Shown piece by piece: positions 56,462 to 64,000 of a stretch of DNA of 64,000 bases. The position numbers and the translations under genes were made by a program. The stretch comes from the human T2T-CHM13v2.0 reference genome, Homo sapiens: assembly GCF_009914755.1 (NCBI RefSeq), contig NC_060928.1; one strand, given 5' to 3'. Numbering within the stretch: the first letter of the stretch is position 1; each line of letters opens with the position of its first letter. The notes under the pieces were generated by a model. That model made no database searches and was not told the DNA's origin. It saw only the letters and a program-made list of their open reading frames with translations.

Positions 56462-58149
56462 GTAAGTGTTTCTATATATGCAATAACTTTTTAAAAACTA
56501 CAACCTCTCAATATTTGGAAATTCACTATTGCTTAAATGCATGAAAAAACTTAATATGATTACTTAAATTTTATAATTTTGATAAAATTTATTTACTGTA
56601 GTGATATTTCTCATAGAATTCTAATAGATTAAAAGAAGGTCATTTTAATAATGAAGAAATAGAAACCCATGGCCAATACTTTCCATTTTGTTCATTTTAT
56701 GTGAGTTTTGCTATGTAAATTTCACTTGTACATTTACATGGATTTTCTCTTTGAATAGCTGACTTACACAGATTCCCAGTTTTCTGTGGGGAACTATTTG
56801 GTAACTGATTTTCAAATTTTGGATTGGAAACACTTATTTTGCATAACAGCTTCTTTAATTTGAGCCACTCGAATCTTTAATATTTCTGCATGTTAAATAG
56901 TTTTCATGCAAATACAAGTCAATAACTCATATTAATTTCACGAAAAGTGAGAAAGGGGCTTCTGTCTCCCAATTAAACTGATGTGATAAAGTGAGGTGGA
57001 ACAGCTTCTCGGTTTCTCTAAAATGTAATTTTCATAATCGTTTAAATTTATGTTTATTTCAAATGTAAAACATGGGTAACTTTTGTTTTGCCTGCCATCT
57101 GAGGTTATCTTTGTCACTTCCTTTTCATTAATGTAATTACTTGGGAATTATCTCTACTCCAAATTGAATAGGGAAATATGCTGCAGGCTCTTTGCTCATT
57201 TAGGAATTAAAGCAATTTAAGATATGAGGTTTCAAACGGAAACTCTCTTTGAAAGGAGAAGATGTGATTCGTTTGCACAGGTATCTGTTTCACTGAAATT
57301 TTTAGAGAGGAAAAAAATGTGTTCAACATACTGAATTCTTGATCTTTAAAATAGTTCAGATTTCTGTTATCTTGTCTACTTGGATTGCTGGTGAGTGTTC
57401 AATCGGGCTCTGCCCTGGCTTCTGTTCCCTACTAATACCATTTCCTGACTGGCTTCTTGATTCAACAATTAAACTCTGGTAATATTCCTGCCCAGTGATC
57501 TGTACCTTTACATGGCATCCTGGGCCATTACAATATCTTTCATGATTACAATAAATTAAATTTTGTTTTTTGTAGAATAGATAACGATGATTATGCTTAC
57601 AAAATACCTACATGGCTCATTCAGAGATGTGCTGTATTACAAAAGAAATGACTTTCTATTTTGGGGATTATAACTTTGCTATTTGATTAATATAGCTGGA
57701 AATAAGGGCTTTGGTAATAAAGTATTTTAATTTTTAGAGAGAATTAGCTGGCATTAGCTGTATAAGAGCCTAAACAATATAAAATTATTGGCAAAATAAA
57801 TAACTCAAACTACTTCTCTTACTTGTGGGTAGGGAAGATAAGAAAGGGCAGAGAAAATACCCTCATAAACAAGAAGTATGAAGAAATTCATCTCTTTTGT
57901 TTAAGGTTTAATTGCCTTTTAATTGTCTCATCTCCTCATTCCATTTCTTTTATTATTATTATTATACCTTAAGCCCTGGGATACATGTACAGAACGTGCA
58001 GGTTTGTTACACAGGTATACATGTGCCATGGTGGTTTGCTGCACTCACCAACCCATCATCTACATTAGGTATTTCTCCTAATGCTATCCTTCCCATTGCC
58101 CCCCAACCCCCAACAGGCCCAGTGTGTGATGTTTCCCTCCCTGTGCCCA

Positions 58150-61932
<3,783 letters not shown>

Positions 61933-63252
61933 CTTCATGGATTTATCTACTTTTGGTCTTTGCTATTGGTGACCTTTGGATGGAGTTTTTGCATGGTCAT
62001 CCTTTTTGTTGACGTTGATGCTATTGCTTTCTGTTTGTTAGTTTTCCTTCTAACAGTCAGGCCCCTCTTCTGCAGGTCTGCTGGAGTTTGCTGGGGGGCC
62101 ACTCCAGACCCTCTTTGCCTGGGTATCACCAGCAGAGGCTGCAGAACAGCAAAGATTGCTGCCTGCTCCTTCTTCTGGAAGCTTCGTCCCAGAGGGACAC
62201 CCACCAGATGCCAGCTCGAGCTCTCCTGTAAAAGGTGTCTGTCGACCCCTGCTGGGAGGTGTCTCCCCATCAGGAGGTGCAGGGGTCAGGGACCCACTTG
62301 AAGAGGCTGTCTGTCCCTTAGCAGAACTCAAGCACTGTGCAGGAGATCTCCTGAGCTCTTCATAGCCAGCAGGCAGGAATGTTTACGTCTGCTGAATCTG
62401 GGCCCACGGCCAACCCTTCCCCCAGGTACTCTGTCCCAGGGAGATGGGAGTTTTATCTCTCAGCCATTGACTGGGGTTGCTGCCTTTCTTTCTGAGATTC
62501 CCTGCCCAGAGAAGAGGAATCTAGAGAGGCAGTCTGGCTACAGCGACTTTGTAGTACTGTGGTTGGCTCCGCCCAGTCTGAACTTCCAGGGGCTTTGTTT
62601 ACACTGTGAGGGTTAAAGACCACCTACCGAAGCCTCAGTAATGAGGACACCCCTCCCCGCCACCAAACCCGAGCGTCCCAGGTCGACTTCAGACTGCTGT
62701 GCTGCCAGCGAGAATTTCAAGCCAGTGGATCTTAGCTTGCTGGGCTCCATGAGGGTGGGATCTGCTGAACTAAACCACTTGGCTCCCTGGCTTCAGCCCC
62801 CTTTCCAGGGGAGTGAATGCTTCTGTCTCACTAGAGTTCCAGGTGCCACTGGGGTATGAAAAAACACTCCTGCAGCTAGCGTGGTGTCTGCGCAAACGTC
62901 CGCCCAGCTTTGTGCTTGAACCCAGGGCCCCGGTGGTGTAGGCACCAGAGGGAATCTCCTGGGATGCAGGTTGTGAAGACCACGGAAAAAGTGTAGTATC
63001 TGGGCCAGAGTGCACTGTTCCTCATGGCACAGTCCCTCACGGCTTCCCTTGCCTAGGGGAGGCAGTTCCCCAACCCCTGCACTTCCCAGAGGAGGCAACA
63101 CCCCACCCTGCTTCTGCTTGCCCTCTGTGGGCTGCACCCACTGTCTAACCAGTCCCAGTGAGATGAGTCAGGTAACTCAGTTGGAAATGCAGAAATCACC
63201 TGCCTTCTGCTTTGGTCTTGCTGGGAGCTGCAGACCAGAGCTGTTCCTATTT

Positions 63253-63262
63253 GGCCATCTTG
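63253..63262 (-). promoter_or_regulatory. YY1 site of the L1 internal promoter
   Basis: Reverse complement CAAGATGGCC near the L1 5' end, as in primate L1 5'UTRs. Confidence 0.75.
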
Positions 63263-63905
63263 CCTGGGAACCCTCTCCTCATTCGCAGAAATTCACTGCT
63301 GTAGAAGCAAGTACAGATCACCAGCAAGGATGCGTATTTTATAACATTGTAACTGGTTTAGTTCATTCTTCCAAGAAAATGTTTCTGGCATGTTTATAGC
63401 TTCAAATCATGTTTACATGCTTTCCAGGAACAATCGAATATAAATACATGTGTGTATTTGCATATACACATGTGCACATACACGTACACATATATATAAG
63501 CAAAATCATGTTGTTTTAGGACCCCCAAATAGGACGCTTTGAATACACAAAGAATTTTATTTATCTCTGTAGTATTCTAATTTTCTTTTTATGTCTAAAT
63601 CCTCTGCCTCAGTTTGTTTTAATTATGTCATTTACTCATGGATTTAACAACTCTTGGGTAGGATAGGTACATGGTCTCATGCACCAGAAATGTAGGAGGG
63701 AATATTAAGTTCCTGTTTCCTAGTTGCCTGCAGGCTGCTGGTGGGAACATACACATTTAACAATTTCAGTTCATTGTGGTAGAAGTCTGAAAATAGTGAG
63801 TAGGAAGTAGAGAGGTGGGAAACCATGTCATCCTTGAGGGCTAAAGCAACATTTTCTGGAGAAGGCATTTCTTGAACCACAGTAGATGTATGTAACTGAA
63901 ATAAT

Positions 63906-63950
63906 GGTGGCGGCGGCGGCGGCGGCGGTGGTGGTGGTAGTGGTAGTGGT
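63906..63950. repeat. Compound trinucleotide repeat GGT(GGC)6(GGT)4(AGTGGT)2
   Basis: Direct read. Confidence 0.95.
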
Positions 63951-64000
63951 TTGTGTTCGTGTCAAAGTGGAGGCAAGGAGTTGAAGGGTGAGGACTGGGA

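Overview
AT-rich, CpG-depleted primate (human-like) genomic DNA, densely populated by interspersed repeats: about 16 Alu/FLAM/FRAM copies, several L1 fragments including one L1PA7-like element with both ends intact, L2, MIR, ERV1/ERVL/MaLR solo LTRs, and MER20/MER44/MER102 DNA-transposon fossils. I recognise no intact protein-coding gene, tRNA, rRNA or snRNA. ORF-track entries are Alu- or L1-derived, low-complexity or apparently random. Most L1s, LTRs and Alus lie on the minus strand, and there is one good 55-nt exon candidate (56407-56461). Both suggest a long intron of a plus-strand host gene that I cannot name. The most notable items are: an L1 whose ~1.1-kb internal deletion fuses ORF1 in frame to ORF2; the candidate exon with a uORF and downstream RBFOX motifs; a convergent CTCF motif pair; a 299-bp pure pyrimidine VNTR; and a 22-bp duplication around a T18 tract. 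I found no convincing evidence of a wholly new biological system. Repeat subfamily names come from recalled consensus sequences, boundaries of old repeats are approximate, and all need RepeatMasker/Dfam confirmation.
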